From positions 1 through 60,842 of the forward strand of contig CAVYAN010000122.1 in the NCBI GenBank assembly GCA_963766075.1: a DNA stretch of 60,842 bases, read 5' to 3'. The notes under the pieces are model-generated. The model made no database searches. It saw only the letters and a list, made by a program, of their open reading frames with translations, and was not told the origin of the DNA. Position 1 is the first letter of the stretch. Every line of letters begins with the position of its first letter. This document shows positions 33,216 through 43,277 of the stretch, piece after piece. The position numbers and the translations under genes are program-made. Source of the DNA: an uncultured cyanobacterium (GTDB lineage: Bacteria; Cyanobacteriota; Cyanobacteriia; Leptolyngbyales; Leptolyngbyaceae).

Positions 33216-34241
33216 ATGAAACTCTTGCAATCAGTGCAAATGCTAACCGATACCGCAAAAGACCTGGCGCAAGCCGGGGCGAAACAGGTGAATGAGTCCG
33301 TTGCCGAGGTGCAGCAGCAGGCCGCAGTGCTGGGTGCCCAGGCCGCGGAATTGCAGCAGCAGTCAAGTCAACTTGTCCAGCAGGGGATTGAGGGATTGAG
33401 TGAGGCTCTGGACGCGGTTAAAAATAGGGCGTTTGCAATGGGCGCGAGCGGCGGAGCGATCGCCGAGGCTTTGCAGAATCTGCCGCGCACCGCTGAAGCG
33501 CTAGCTCAGGAAATGCCCAAGATTGCCAAGCGCTTGCAATATCGGGCCGGGGTGCGGGTTGGTGATGCGCCGCGCTCTGATGTTGATGTCATGAAGCTAT
33601 TTGAGCAGATTCCTGGTACGTCTAAGCTGGGTGCCAGCGAGACTAAAATTCGGGAATTTTTGGCTGATAAACACGGCAGTCACATCGTGTCTCGTCAAAA
33701 GGGTGGCTCCAATCGGGCAGACAACGTCCTCTGGGAAGTGGGTGCCGATAACCTGCGGCGAGGAGCCAAGGTGATGACGGGGGGTGAGCAAGTCTATATT
33801 CGCTTCTACAACGCGATCGATTCCATCGTGAAGAATTCCGGGACGATCGCTAAGTTGGGTCTGACCGCTACAGGTACAGCAGTGCTGACACAAGCTGTCG
33901 TTACGGCTGTCTCCTATGCCCTCGATCTGCATCGAGGTGATATTACGGTCGAAGAATTCCGCGATCTGATTGTGGCCGCAGCCGTGAGCACTGGAATTGC
34001 CACGCCGATATTTTTTCTGATTTTAATTGCGGTGCTGGCGTTATTTCCCGAACTGACTGTACTTTTGTCTGCGCCCGCTGTAGTGGCTGGCTTCAATGCA
34101 CTATTCGGATTAGGGATTGCCGTTCCGATGATCCAGTCATTGGTGCGCCATGTTGAGGCGGGCGGCTTTGGGGAAGATGTTGCTATAGGCTATCAGAGTG
34201 TGATGGGAAAAAGTGTGTCGATCGGGGAACCCACACTATGA
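33216..34241 (+). CDS. hypothetical protein: coiled coil, HNH-like motif and hydrophobic C-terminus
   Basis: 341-aa ORF containing HGSHIVS..GGSN..DNVLWE....NLRRG and C-terminal hydrophobic helices. Confidence 0.7.
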   Translation: MKLLQSVQMLTDTAKDLAQAGAKQVNESVAEVQQQAAVLGAQAAELQQQSSQLVQQGIEGLSEALDAVKNRAFAMGASGGAIAEALQNLPRTAEALAQEMPKIAKRLQYRAGVRVGDAPRSDVDVMKLFEQIPGTSKLGASETKIREFLADKHGSHIVSRQKGGSNRADNVLWEVGADNLRRGAKVMTGGEQVYIRFYNAIDSIVKNSGTIAKLGLTATGTAVLTQAVVTAVSYALDLHRGDITVEEFRDLIVAAAVSTGIATPIFFLILIAVLALFPELTVLLSAPAVVAGFNALFGLGIAVPMIQSLVRHVEAGGFGEDVAIGYQSVMGKSVSIGEPTL

Positions 34242-34316
34242 GCAGGGAAAACATCACGTTTCGATCGCATCTACATCATTAATGAAGCCATCAACCTGTA
34301 CCGATTGGACAGCCGT

Positions 34317-35528
34317 TTAAACACCGCTGGCATCTTCGACTAGGGGCGATCGCTCCGATGCGGGAGGGATCAATTTGGGTTCCCCGTCGTGGCTATGCGG
34401 TTCGGTCTGGGGTAAAGGCCCGATCAGGCTAGGCACTTCTCCGAGCGGACCGCCATCAATGGCGTCAGGACCGCCCCGCACAAACACTAGGGCATTCTTG
34501 ATCACCACGGCCACCGGCACCGCCACCACCACCCCCAACAACCCACCAATCCTGGCCCCGGTCAAAATCGAGATAAAAATCCACACCGGATTGAGACCGG
34601 TAATGCTGCCCAGAAACCGAGGTGCCACCAGATTTTCAATAATCTGTTGCACCAGCACACAGATGCCCAAGACCTTCAGCCCTAGGCCAATATCTCGAAG
34701 GGCAACCAGGAGCGTGACTAGGGTAATCGCCACACTCCCGCCAAAGGGGACTAGGGCCATCGTGCCAATGGTCAAACCAAACAACAACCCAAAGGGCACA
34801 GCCCACCAGAGAAACACCAGCGTGAGAATCACGCCCATGCTGCTGGCCAAAATGAATTGGCTCAGGAAAAAATTTTGAAAGCTTTGGCGTAGGGTTTGGG
34901 AAAAAGGCTGACGGACCTTAGGGGGGAGCCAGTCGATGAGGCTATCCCACAGTTCCGTGCCGTGCTGCAACAGGTAAAAGGTGAGGACCAGCGTGAGTAA
35001 TGAGTCCAGCAGACTGGTGACGGTAAAGACGGCGACGTTGAGGACTTTGCCTGTCAAGCCCTGGATTTGATTTTTGAGGGGGTCGATGACTTGGGCGGCC
35101 AAGGTGTCGAAGCTGAGGGGCAGGCCCGTGGTCTCGAAGCAATCGCTCAGCAGAAATAACTGCTGCCGCCCGGACTCAGCCCATTCTGGCAACCGGGCCA
35201 CCAACTGCTGTGCCTGCCGGAGCACACTGGGCAGTAGCGTTACCCCGGCGGCAATCAACAGGGCAAGGGCCAGCAGGAAAACCACGATCGCCGCCCGCTC
35301 CCGATTATTCCCTTGGCGCTCTAAAAAACGCACAGGATAGTTGAGCAAAAATGCCAGCAACGATGCTCCCAGCAAAATCACCAGCAGGGAGTGGAAGTAA
35401 TCGGCAATGGTAAACACGGCCCAACCATTCAGCACCAGCAGCGGAATCGCCAGCACAATCAAAATAATCTTCAGAGGCGGAGTGGTCGCATCCCACCAAG
35501 CCAGTAGAGTTCCCCTCTGCATAGTCAC
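34317..35528 (-). CDS. AI-2E family transporter
   Basis: LAFLLNYPV, VQQIIENLVAPR, GLNPVW and multiple TM helices. Confidence 0.88.
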   Translation of the reverse strand: MTMQRGTLLAWWDATTPPLKIILIVLAIPLLVLNGWAVFTIADYFHSLLVILLGASLLAFLLNYPVRFLERQGNNRERAAIVVFLLALALLIAAGVTLLPSVLRQAQQLVARLPEWAESGRQQLFLLSDCFETTGLPLSFDTLAAQVIDPLKNQIQGLTGKVLNVAVFTVTSLLDSLLTLVLTFYLLQHGTELWDSLIDWLPPKVRQPFSQTLRQSFQNFFLSQFILASSMGVILTLVFLWWAVPFGLLFGLTIGTMALVPFGGSVAITLVTLLVALRDIGLGLKVLGICVLVQQIIENLVAPRFLGSITGLNPVWIFISILTGARIGGLLGVVVAVPVAVVIKNALVFVRGGPDAIDGGPLGEVPSLIGPLPQTEPHSHDGEPKLIPPASERSPLVEDASGV

Positions 35529-35660
35529 TCAAAAAAGTTACAGGGTCCGGGCGTTGAGGGGGACAGTTTGGAGTACCAGGCTCCTGCTGGGAGCGATCGC
35601 CAAGGGCGGCAGCGCGCAAGACACACCTGAATTCTAATCTTCCCTCCCTCATCCTTTACT

Positions 35661-36152
35661 TTAGCGGTAATTTGTAAACTGGAGCGCCACCGGATAGTCT
35701 TCCTGCTTTAAGCGCTGCATAACGGCCTGGAGGTCGTCCTTGGATTTGGCGCTGACCCGCACAGCATCGCCCTGAATAGAGGCTTGCACCTTTTTGAATT
35801 CATCCCGGATCAGCTTGGACACTTGTTTGCCCATCTCCTGGGGAATGCCTTTTTTCAGCTTCACTTCTTGGCGGACGCGGTTGCCACTGGAGGCTTCCAC
35901 CTTGCCATAGTCAAAAATTTTCAGAGACAGATTGCGCTTAATCGCCTTGGTTTGCAGAATCGAGTGCACGGCCTCTAAGGTGAAGTCGCTGGCGGTGCCA
36001 ATCGTGATCACGTCTTCACCCAGTTCTAGGGTGGTTTTGGTGTCCTTGAGGTCGTAGCGGGTTTGAATTTCGCGCATTGCTTGGTCGATCGCATTCACCA
36101 ACTCTTGCCGGTCGAATTCGCTCACAATGTCAAAGGAAAAATTATCAGCCAT
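35661..36152 (-). CDS. yajQ: YajQ family nucleotide/c-di-GMP-binding protein
   Basis: [21 protein letters not shown] and LQFTNYR. Confidence 0.93.
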   Translation of the reverse strand: MADNFSFDIVSEFDRQELVNAIDQAMREIQTRYDLKDTKTTLELGEDVITIGTASDFTLEAVHSILQTKAIKRNLSLKIFDYGKVEASSGNRVRQEVKLKKGIPQEMGKQVSKLIRDEFKKVQASIQGDAVRVSAKSKDDLQAVMQRLKQEDYPVALQFTNYR

Positions 36153-36321
36153 GGGTCAACTCAGGAAAAGAACTGCCCCCTTGCGGTGGGTCTTGAAAGA
36201 ATAAGAATAAGGGCAAATGCTAATTGCCAGTCGATTCGTTAAGGAAATGTCAGAGAAATTTGGGGTTCAGCGAGAGCAACGGGGCAGGGTGGGCAACTCT
36301 CCTCCCTAGCGCATAACGTCC

Positions 36322-37137
36322 CTAGCGCATCACGGTGTTGCGGATCATCCAACTGAAGGCGCGATCGGGGAGCAGTTTTCGGAGGAACAGTAGCAGTCCG
36401 GCGTTGCCCCCGGCAGGATAGCGCAGGCGATCGCGGCCATCGGTGGCGGCCTGATAAATCACTTCAGCCACAACGTCTGGAAGGGATCCGGTGGCCCCCG
36501 CTTTGTTCATGTTGGGCATCACGGTGGCGACTAATCCATCGTAGTCCGGCAGGTCCGGTCGGGTTACCCAGTCCGCTGAGCGATCGTAGAAATCGGTTTT
36601 AATCGGCCCCGGTTCGACAATTTTGACCCGAATATTGAAGGGCGCGAGTTCGTACTGCAAGGCGTCCGAGAACCCCTCTACGGCCCATTTAGTACTGTGG
36701 TAGAGGCTGTACAGCGGAAAGGCCATGCGGCCACCCACGGAGGCAATATTGACAATCACTCCCGATCTCCGATCGCGAAACTGGGGCAGCACGGCGCGGA
36801 TCATCGCCATCAGCCCAAAGACATTGGTGGCAAATTGCCGCTCAATTTGCTCAGGGCTGGCCGCTTCAAACGGTCCCATCAGGGCATATCCGGCGTTGTT
36901 GACGAGGACATCGATCGCCCCAAACTGCTGTTCTGCGGTGGCGACAGCAAGTCGAATGGATTCGGCATCGGTGACATCAAGCCGCAGGCAGAGGGTGGAG
37001 TCTAAGGTGGCTAAGGTTCCGGCGCGATCGGGCTGACGCATCGTCGCGACGACATTCCACCCGCGCTGTTGAAATAGGAGTGCCGTCGCATAGCCAATAC
37101 CCGTCGAGGCTCCAGTAATTAAAACCGTCTTGGGCAT
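36322..37137 (-). CDS. short-chain dehydrogenase/reductase
   Basis: TGASTGIG, NNAG and YHSTK. Confidence 0.93.
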   Translation of the reverse strand: MPKTVLITGASTGIGYATALLFQQRGWNVVATMRQPDRAGTLATLDSTLCLRLDVTDAESIRLAVATAEQQFGAIDVLVNNAGYALMGPFEAASPEQIERQFATNVFGLMAMIRAVLPQFRDRRSGVIVNIASVGGRMAFPLYSLYHSTKWAVEGFSDALQYELAPFNIRVKIVEPGPIKTDFYDRSADWVTRPDLPDYDGLVATVMPNMNKAGATGSLPDVVAEVIYQAATDGRDRLRYPAGGNAGLLLFLRKLLPDRAFSWMIRNTVMR

Positions 37138-37330
37138 AGAACTTGGGGAGAATTGGTTGAAGAGGAGAGAGCAGATGTGGACAGGAGTTGCCGCGTTTGG
37201 CCCTGAATTGATAAGGGAATTAAATTGATGCGATGGGCGCGACTATAAATGAATGCCGCAGGATAGTTGGTCCATGCCCTGGACTAAATTCGCGAACGGT
37301 TTAAGGCGGGGATTTTCTCGGGGAGGATTT

Positions 37331-37471
37331 TCAGCGGCGAGTACTCTGAGCACACCAATCAAGGCACCAGGCCAAGATATGGTGGGGACTGGCTTTTTCA
37401 AATCGCTGGTTCAGTTGCTGCAGGTCTAGAGACACGGGCTGAATCGAAGGCTCTGCGAGTTGACTAATCAT
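37331..37471 (-). pseudogene. 46-codon ORF resembling the N-terminus of cyanobacterial PAPS reductase (CysH); absent from the ORF track
   Basis: Hand translation gives MISQLAEPSIQPVSLDLQQLNQRFEKASPHHILAWCLDWCAQSTRR*. Confidence 0.5.
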
Positions 37472-37742
37472 AGAACAAGTGAGAAGTTACCTGACTAGTG
37501 ATGGACTGGGCGGAATCTGGATTGGCTGGGGAGTGCGATCGGGCAGGCTAAGGAATGAGCGATCGCCCTTTGCCAGTCTGCCCATCGCCGGATCACTTTA
37601 CCACCCCCAGAAGCGGTAGGTTATTGAAGAGATCCTTAATCTGTTCAGCCCTGCTGCGCAATCATGGGTCCAATTGCAGGCCCAATCGTAGCTCCATTCA
37701 CGGAGCCAATTGCAGGCCCAATTCCTCTGCCGGAGAACCCAA

Positions 37743-38093
37743 ATGCACTTAATTTTGTACAGCAAGCCGGGATGCCACCTCTGCGAAGGCTTGCAGGAAA
37801 AGCTATCCGCTATCCAGTCCGTGGCGATTGCCCTGGAAATTCGGGACATTACTATCCGCGAAGACTGGTTCCAAGCCTATCAATACGAAATTCCCGTTTT
37901 ATTCCTGGTGCAGGAGCATCTCCCCAGAGGCGCGGCGGTGGCGGCGAATTCCCCTGCTGCGGCTCAACCCCCGACTCTTGCTCAGCCGCCTTCCCCCTCG
38001 CTGGTCCCATTGCCCAGGATTTCGCCACGGGCCTCCGTTGCCCAGGTGGAAAAGATGTTACAGAGCTATTTAGAGCATGATCCCCCAAAATAG
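37743..38093 (+). CDS. glutaredoxin-like (DUF836) protein
   Basis: LYSKPGCHLC and YQYEIPVL; upstream of murE. Confidence 0.85.
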   Translation: MHLILYSKPGCHLCEGLQEKLSAIQSVAIALEIRDITIREDWFQAYQYEIPVLFLVQEHLPRGAAVAANSPAAAQPPTLAQPPSPSLVPLPRISPRASVAQVEKMLQSYLEHDPPK

Positions 38094-38147
38094 AGAAGGT
38101 TTTGGATAGAGATGGTTTTGGCAGAAAGGTTTTGGAGGATCTCTGAC

Positions 38148-39673
38148 ATGAAACTGCGCGAGTTATTGACAACCCTGCCGGATGCAGTGCTGGATCAGAG
38201 TCATCCTGCCCTGGAGATGGAAGTCAAGGGTTTAACGACAAATTCCCAGGCGTGTCGTCCAGGGACGGTATTTATTGGCATGCCGGGAACCCGAGTGGAT
38301 GGGGGTGATTTTTGGGCCAGCGCGATCGCAGCGGGGCGATCGCTGCCGTCATTTCCCCAGCGGCTAAAGCCAAGGCCGACCTCTCGGCGGCATCCTCGCC
38401 TTGCCTGGTGGCTACGCCCAACCTGCCCATTGCCTGTGCCCAATTGGCTGCGGCCTTTTACGACCAGCCTGCCCACGCCCTGAAGCTGATCGGCGTCACC
38501 GGCACCAATGGCAAAACCACCACCACCCATCTAATCGAATTTCTGCTAGATCGAGCGCAGAGCCAGCCTGCGCTATTTGGTACGCTATATACGCGCTGGC
38601 GGGGATTTCAGCAAACAGCAGCCCACACCACCCCCTTTGCGGTGGATTTGCACCAGCAATTTGCTGAGGCTGTGGCGGCGGGCTGCGACGTAGGCGTGAT
38701 GGAAGTCAGTTCCCATGCGTTGGCCCAGGGGCGGGTGTGGGGCTGTCCGTTTCCGGTGGCGGTGTTCACTAACCTGACCCAGGACCATCTGGATTACCAC
38801 AAGGATATGGAAGACTACTTTGCTGCGAAAGCGCTGCTGTTTTCCCCAGACTATTTGGGCGATCGCGCCATCATTAACCAAGACGATCCCTTTGGACGCC
38901 GCTTGATTCAGGGATTGGCCGCTGAAAAAGTTTGGCGCTACAGCACCCACGATGCCACGGCTGACCTCTGGACGGGTGAATTGACCTATAGCGCGGATGG
39001 TGTAGGAGGCACGTTGCACACGCCCGTCGGCACTATTCCCTTTAGTTCTCCCCTGGTCGGCCAGTTCAACCTGGCGAACCTGCTGGCAGCGGTGGGGGCA
39101 GTTCTGAGCCTGGGCGTGGACCTAGAAACGATTGTGGCGGCGTTGCCAGGGTTTGTAGGTGTGCCGGGACGGATGGAGCAGGTGTTCCTACCCCCCAGTG
39201 ATGCGCGGCCTCAGGATGTGCGCCCGCAGGACATCAGCGTGATTGTGGACTATGCCCACACCCCGGACAGTTTAGAGAACTTACTGAAGGCCGCCCGTCC
39301 CTTCATCAAGGGGCGGATGATTTGTGTGTTTGGGTGTGGGGGAGATCGCGATCGCACCAAGCGCCCGCTGATGGGGGAAATTGCCGCCCGACTGGCCGAT
39401 TGGGCGATCGTCACGTCCGATAATCCGCGTACTGAGGATCCCGATCGCATTTTGGCAGATGTCGTGGACGGGATGCCTGCGGGGGCAACGGTGATAGGCG
39501 ATCGGGCGGCAGCCATTCAAGCGGCGATCTGCCAAGCCCAGCCCGGAGATGGCGTGTTGATTGCGGGCAAGGGGCATGAGGATTATCAAATTCTTGGTAC
39601 CGAGAAAGTTCATTTCGACGATCGCGAACAGGCTAGAGCCGCATTAGCAAGGCGGTTGCGGGCAGCCACCTAG
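38148..39673 (+). CDS. murE: UDP-N-acetylmuramoyl-L-alanyl-D-glutamate--2,6-diaminopimelate ligase; frameshift at the G-run 38333-38336
   Basis: GVTGTNGKTT, MEVSSH, NLTQDHLDYH, DYAHTPD, DNPR and AGKGHE. Confidence 0.95.
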
Positions 39674-39710
39674 AGCCGATCCGGGGTGGATGCCCAAGCG
39701 CCCGGATTGC

Positions 39711-39750
39711 GTGAAAGGCGGGATGAGGTGCCACTCATTCCGCCTTTCAT
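39711..39750. terminator. hairpin between convergent murE and DUF1830 genes
   Basis: gtgaaaggcgggatgag-gtgcca-ctcattccgcctttcat. Confidence 0.6.
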
Positions 39751-39937
39751 ATATCCGCAGGTCATTCACCCGCGATCGCCAATCTGAAAATTTTTTATAT
39801 CAACGTTATCCCCATTAAGGAGCTCAAAATCCGCATGCTCAAAATCTTCATGCTCGAAATCTTCGTAGAGTCCAGCCAATCCCACGCGGCCCCATCCTCA
39901 CACCAGAATGCTCAAACCAAATATTTGTTATTAAAAA

Positions 39938-40297
39938 TTAAGAAGCCGAAGCCGCGATCGCTGCCCGAGGCCGGGAATCATCATCTAGGTTGCCCTCATT
40001 TTTTTCCTCGGTCCGCTGGGGATCGGCGGGGGCCGCCACCTCTTCCTGCACCTTTAAAGACTCACAGGGAATCGTGTCGGACAAAATGGAACTAGCCATC
40101 TTCCCCGAATGAATCTCCAACAGAGCCTCAGGTAGCGCTTCAAACACGAGGCGCTGTCCCGGAAACACCACCCGCTCAAAATACCAACTGGGAATATTGG
40201 TAATTCGAGCAATCTGCATCTGGCTGGTGGCATTGACATAGCAACACAGCAGGGGATCGCTACTATTAGAAGGAACGGGATCAAAAACTTGTGGCAT
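39938..40297 (-). CDS. DUF1830 family protein
   Basis: CCYVNATS, YFERVVFPGQRLVFEA and LEIH. Confidence 0.82.
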   Translation of the reverse strand: MPQVFDPVPSNSSDPLLCCYVNATSQMQIARITNIPSWYFERVVFPGQRLVFEALPEALLEIHSGKMASSILSDTIPCESLKVQEEVAAPADPQRTEEKNEGNLDDDSRPRAAIAASAS

Positions 40298-40552
40298 ATC
40301 AGGTAAGGAAGGGGAAGGGTGAGGGGACGTTTTCAAACTAACACTCCTAAAATCGCCACGACTGTAAATGGGATTACCAATCCCCATTCTATAGATTGAT
40401 CCCCAAACTCATTGAATCCTTGTCCGGAAGCGGCCCTAGCCGTCCACGAGAAATGTTATCGTAAAGTTATATAACGGCCAAATCCGTAATATTTCTCAGA
40501 ATTCATCAACACTTCTTCAAAATTCTACCTTTCCCAGGTTGAGGACGACCCC

Positions 40553-42130
40553 ATGGCAATGGCAAATCGGATCTTGTATGTCCGTCTTCCGTGTAATCCC
40601 ATCTTTCCCATCGGGGTCGTCTATCTCGCCGATCATGTTCATAAGGTGTTCCCGGATGTCGAGCAGCGGATTTTTGACCTGGGGACCATTCCGCCCCTCG
40701 ACTATGCCACGGCCTTGGATGCCTGCGTTGATGAATTTCAGCCCACGCTGCTGGTATTCTCTTGGCGCGATATTCAGATCTACGCGCCAGTAGGAGGGAG
40801 AGGTGGCAATCCGCTGCAATACACCTTTGAATTTTTCTACTCCCGCAATCTGTGGCTGAAGCTGCGGAGTGCTTTCGGGTTGATCCGGATTGCCACAGGA
40901 TATTATGGCGAACTGTGGCGCAATCTGGGCCTGATCAAACGAGGTACGCGGCGAGCCCGTCGCTATCATCCCGAAGCACGGATTGTGGTGGGTGGCGGAG
41001 CCGTCAGCGTGTTTTATGAGCAATTGGGTAAGAGCTTGCCCCGGGGCAGTATTGTTTCCGTTGGCGAAGGAGAAGTCCTGCTGGAGCGGGTGATTCAAGG
41101 CCAGGATTTGAGTGGAGAGCGTTGCTATGTGGTGGGGGAAGCGGCTCCTCGCGATCGCCTGATTCACGAAGCGCCGGCCCCCCTCGAAAAAACCGCCTGC
41201 AACTACGACTACATCGAATCGATTTGGTCAGACTTTAGCTATTACTTTGAATCCGAGGACTTCTATGTCGGGGTGCAGACCAAGCGCGGTTGTCCCCATA
41301 ACTGCTGCTACTGCGTTTACACCGTGATCGAAGGCAAACAGGTGCGGATTAATCCCGCGGACGAGGTCGTTGCCGAAATGCGGCAATTGTACGATCGCGG
41401 CATTCGCAACTTCTGGTTTACGGACGCGCAATTTATCCCGGCGCGCCGCTACATGGACGATGTGGTGGAACTGCTGCAAAAAATTATTGATTCTGGGATG
41501 ACCGACATTCACTGGGCTGCCTATATTCGAGCCGATAACCTGACGCCGCAAATTTGTGATCTGATGGCGAAAACCGGCATGAACTACTTTGAAATTGGTA
41601 TTACCAGTGGTTCTCAGGAACTGGTGCGGAAAATGCGCATGGGCTATAACCTGCGCACCGTGCTGGAAAACTGCCGCGATTTGCGGGCCGCGGGGTTTAA
41701 TGATTTGGTTTCAGTGAACTACTCGTTCAATGTGATTGACGAAACCTACGAAACCATTCGCCAGACGATTGCTTACCATCGCGAATTGGAAAATATCTTT
41801 GGGGCGGATAAAGTTGAACCGGCCATCTTCTTTATTGGCCTACAGCCCCATACTCATTTAGAGGAGTATGCCTTCAAGCAGGCGATTCTGAAACCGGGCT
41901 ACGATCCAATGAACGTGAAGCCTTGGACCGTGCAAAAACTGCTGTGGAATCCCCAACCGCTCGGATCTTTTTTTGGGGAGGTTTGCCTGGAAGCTTGGCA
42001 GCGCAACCCCAACGATTTTGGGCGGGAAGTCATGGCTATTTTGGAACGGCGGTTAGGACGGGCTGATTTAGAAGCAGCACTGTCTGCCCCAATTGAGCCG
42101 AAGCCGCCACTGGCAATGGCGGCACGGTGA
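40553..42130 (+). CDS. B12-binding radical SAM protein (Slr0320-like, PSII high-light acclimation family)
   Basis: RLPCNPIFPIG N-terminus and RGCPHNCCYC (CxxxCxxC). Confidence 0.88.
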   Translation: MAMANRILYVRLPCNPIFPIGVVYLADHVHKVFPDVEQRIFDLGTIPPLDYATALDACVDEFQPTLLVFSWRDIQIYAPVGGRGGNPLQYTFEFFYSRNLWLKLRSAFGLIRIATGYYGELWRNLGLIKRGTRRARRYHPEARIVVGGGAVSVFYEQLGKSLPRGSIVSVGEGEVLLERVIQGQDLSGERCYVVGEAAPRDRLIHEAPAPLEKTACNYDYIESIWSDFSYYFESEDFYVGVQTKRGCPHNCCYCVYTVIEGKQVRINPADEVVAEMRQLYDRGIRNFWFTDAQFIPARRYMDDVVELLQKIIDSGMTDIHWAAYIRADNLTPQICDLMAKTGMNYFEIGITSGSQELVRKMRMGYNLRTVLENCRDLRAAGFNDLVSVNYSFNVIDETYETIRQTIAYHRELENIFGADKVEPAIFFIGLQPHTHLEEYAFKQAILKPGYDPMNVKPWTVQKLLWNPQPLGSFFGEVCLEAWQRNPNDFGREVMAILERRLGRADLEAALSAPIEPKPPLAMAAR

Positions 42131-42167
42131 TCAGTGGCGAATTACAACGCAGCCAACGCCGCGATCG

Positions 42168-43116
42168 CTACAGTTTTCCCAAGTCTTGGGCGATTTTTTT
42201 GATTTCTTCGTACTCTTTATCATTGGTGCGAATAAATCCCTCGGTGCCAAATAGATTTAGGATTTCCTTCTCCGCCGGGACGTTGGGACTGAGGTCGAGC
42301 AGGGCGTTTTCGACTTTGGTGATGAAGTCTTTGCCAAAGCGATCGCCCACGTTGGGATGGATCACCCAGTGGTAGTCGTTATAGGTAGGAGTCTGCCACA
42401 GCAGCACAACCTTATTCAGGTCTACGGTACCTTGCTGAACGCGGCTGTCCCAGTCCTGGGCACTCATCACGCCTACCTCATAGGTTCCAGCTTGCACCTG
42501 GGCTAGGGTGGTATCGGGGTCTTTGGCAAAGCCCACGCTGTTTTTTAAAGTCGCTGAGCTTGATGCCCGCTTGGCTCAGAAAGTATTGGGGCAGTAGGCG
42601 ATCGCGGGTCGATTCTTCGTTGCCAAAGGTTAAGGTGTGGTTTTTGAGGGCTTTCAGGCCAGCCTGTTCGCGAAAAGGCTGAATTTTGCTGGCTTTGTTG
42701 GCAATAAAGACGCTGGTTAAGCCCGTATCCGTCCGGCGCTGGACTAAGGCTTCTGCACCGGAAACGGGCGATCGCGCCTGCACACCCGTTAGGCCGTTAA
42801 ACCAGACTAAATCGACTTCACCCGCCTGAAATGCCGCTACTGCTGCTGCATTATCCGCACTGGGGCGATAGGTGACGGGCAGCTTTAACTCGGCTTCTAG
42901 ATACTTGGCCAACTTGGTGTAGCGGGTTTGCAGCTTCTCCGGCTCTTGATCAGGAATAGCACTGAGGGTCAGCGCGGCAGCATCTTTGACCGCAGCAGTA
43001 GACGTGGAGACCGGGGAACTCACGGGATTGACTCCTTCCGGTGGCGGGGATGTTGTGCATGCCACCACACCCCAGGCCAATAGCAATAAGGATCCCGTCA
43101 ATATAAGTCGTTTCAT
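42168..43116 (-). CDS. PhnD/PtxB-like ABC substrate-binding lipoprotein, orphan; frameshift at the T-run 42541-42546
   Basis: Lipobox VVAC, SAIPDQ, GLTGVQAR and TPTYNDYHW. Confidence 0.8.
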
Positions 43117-43277
43117 AAATTAAAGGTTTCAATTTAGCTTGACTGTAATAGAAATTTAGCTTGACCGTCATAGGCTTGGCCGTCATGAGCTTGACTGTCA
43201 TCCCTTCACATCCACCCATGAGGGGGAATTCCGGTCCCATTCTCCAGGGGCAGCGCGCAATCTGGGTATTGTGTCCC

